A stretch of 64,000 bases of DNA, taken from assembly GCA_044892525.1 (NCBI GenBank), contig CM097888.1:75702001-75766000 (forward strand), read 5' to 3'. Of this stretch, positions 61,971-64,000 are shown in pieces. The position numbers were made by a program, and so were the translations under genes. Numbering within the stretch: position 1 is the first letter of the stretch; every line of letters begins with the position of its first letter. The stretch is from Schmidtea polychroa. Taxonomy: Eukaryota. The notes beneath the pieces are model-generated. The model saw only the letters and a list, made by a program, of their open reading frames with translations. It was not told where the DNA came from and did not search any database.

Positions 61971-63127
61971 GTAGTGCAGTATATTACGTTGCGGTAATTT
62001 CAATAGATATATTGTTTTGTGTGATTAATAAAGTGCATGCTCAAATTACTTCGTCTCCTTCATTGCGACAATTAACCATGGAACAAGAACACCTTGCTTT
62101 TTTATTGTTGTTTGGATCAATAAATTAAAGTAAAATATGTTGAGCTGAAAAAATAGCTAAAAACCAAATCCGTGTCAGGAAACAGCTTAGCATGTACAGA
62201 TTGAATATAAAAGTGCATGAAATGACGCGGAAAGTTCAGAAAAAGGAAATCTTTAATGAAACACATTTGAGTATTTCATTGGGAATGTAATTGATCGGGC
62301 TGATTGAAAATGAATGGGGATTATCAGGGTTGAAGAACATTTTGAGTAATTGAATTTTAATTAAATCTTAATAAAATGATGTGGAAAGCATAATAAATTA
62401 ATTGATTAAAGAAAACTCAATTTGGGAAAACAACAATGTAAAGAAATAGCAAATTTGGAAACGATTATTATTGATAGAAGTCAGTAAAAATGGTTATCGC
62501 GAGGAAGGCGTAAAAGAAAGTAATTAATTATTTTATATACCCTTACAATATGCAAGGAAGCTTTAAAGAGAGATTGTTTAAGGATTATAAAATATGGTTT
62601 AAAATTATTAATTTGACGTATTTTTTTGCAGTATAATGAAAGTGAGAACCACTAACAATCTACGTTACTGTCTTAGATAAATATTATCGAAGGAATTGAG
62701 GGTAAGGTTAAAGAGGTTTGGCAATTTAAATTTTTTTAATTAGGGCTAGTAAAGATGAATTGCTTCGAAGAATAGTAATTGAAGGTGAATATTATTTCAA
62801 GGAATTCAAAATGAATTGGAAGTGATTGATTAAAAGTAATTTTCATTATTACACTGTGCAAAGTTCCCACACCAACTTATTCATTGTGCGTATAGACAGA
62901 TTATTTGTAAAATTAATTTTATTCAGAGGACTTTGGGGAGGGGTAGTTATTTATTGAAATTGAATGTTTATTTATTTATTAATTAAAACCAGCATTACAG
63001 ATTACATCAATATCAGAATTAATATACAAAGTAATCTGTTGAATCCATTACCATATTTCGGATAGTGCCGAGTGCATCAAACACATTTAGGGATCTGTGA
63101 AGTATGTGTGACCGTTTGGATGTCTTC

Positions 63128-64000
63128 AGTTATTTAGGGTAATGTGTGGAACCGGGAACAAAGACATATGACGTCATCGATGACGTCACAAAGACATATA
63201 ACGTCATACCCCCAGGGAGGGTTTTTTTTTAATTTAAAAAAAAAATTTTTTTTTAATTTTAAAAAAAAAATTTTTTTTTTTAATTTTTAAATATTTCAAA
63301 TATATTACGTTGCGGTATTTTAAATATATTACGTTGCGGAATTTAAAATTTAAAATACCGCAACGTAATCTATTTAAAATACCGCAACGTAATATATTTA
63401 ATAATTAAAATTCCGCAACGTAATATATTTAAAATATATTACGTTGCGGTATTTTAATTATTAAATATTTTACGTTGCGGTATTTTAAATATATTACGTT
63501 GCGGTATTTTAATTATTAAATATTTTACGTTGCGGTATTTTAAATATATTACGTTGCGGTATTTTAATTATTAAATATTTTACGTTGCGGTATTTTAAAT
63601 ATATTACGTTGCGGAATTTTAATTATTAAATATATTACGTTGCGGTATTTTAAATAGATTACGTTGCGGTATTTTAAATTTTAAATTCCGCAACGTAACA
63701 TATTTAAAATACCGCAACGTAATATATTTAATAATTAAAGTACCGCAACGTAATATATTTAAAATACCGCAACGTAATATATTTAATAATTAAAGTACCG
63801 CAACGTAAAATATTTAAAATACCGCAACGTAATATATTTAATAATTAAAATTCCGCAACGTAATATATTTAAAATACCGCAACGTAAAATATTTAATATT
63901 TAAAATACCTCAACGTAAAATATTTAATAATTAAAATTCCGCAACGTAATATATTTAAAATACCGCAACGTAAAATATTTAATAATTAAAATACCGCAAC
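63128..64000 (+). mobile_element. End module, copy 3, with an expanded ACGTTGCGG minisatellite in alternating orientations
   Basis: AGTTATTTAGGGTAATGTGTGGAACCGGGAACAAAGACATATGACGTCATCGATGACGTCACAAAGA, then CCCCCAGGGAGGG, poly-T/A and >20 units of ATATTACGTTGCGGTATTTT or its reverse complement up to the window edge. Confidence 0.88.

Overview
AT-rich eukaryotic (animal-like, spliceosomal introns) scaffold with five N gaps; the species cannot be identified from sequence alone. (1) 1-12217 is an apparently perfect head-to-head inverted duplication (x mirrors 12218-x; arms 1-5929 and 6289-12217; 359-bp unique spacer). Each arm carries an intact Polinton/Maverick-type protein-primed family B DNA polymerase. 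The ORF track splits this gene into four pieces, but it splices into one 1236-aa frame through six 41-50 nt GT-AG introns, all phase 1, the first splitting the ATG. A CCAAT/TATA promoter and a ~145-bp tandem array lie upstream. No capsid, integrase, packaging ATPase or adenain-type protease gene is recognisable in the window. The spacer is a distinctive end module (AGT..., TGACGTCA palindromes, C/G stem, ACGTTGCGG minisatellite) that recurs at ~44.7-45.0 kb and 63.1-64.0 kb. (2) A second, decayed and divergent pPolB lies at 22.2-23.1 kb. (3) There are three intact intronless proteasome ATPase Rpt5/PSMC3 copies plus a fourth decayed fragment, with a mosaic (gene-conversion-like) pattern of similarity. 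(4) A six-exon PPTC7 phosphatase gene on the minus strand (28860-42600) has a G in place of a conserved metal-binding Asp. (5) The rest is mostly transposon debris (Helitron, hAT, pogo/Tigger, Tc1/IS630, piggyBac MITEs, Gypsy integrase) and an unclassified ~1.4-kb repeat family.
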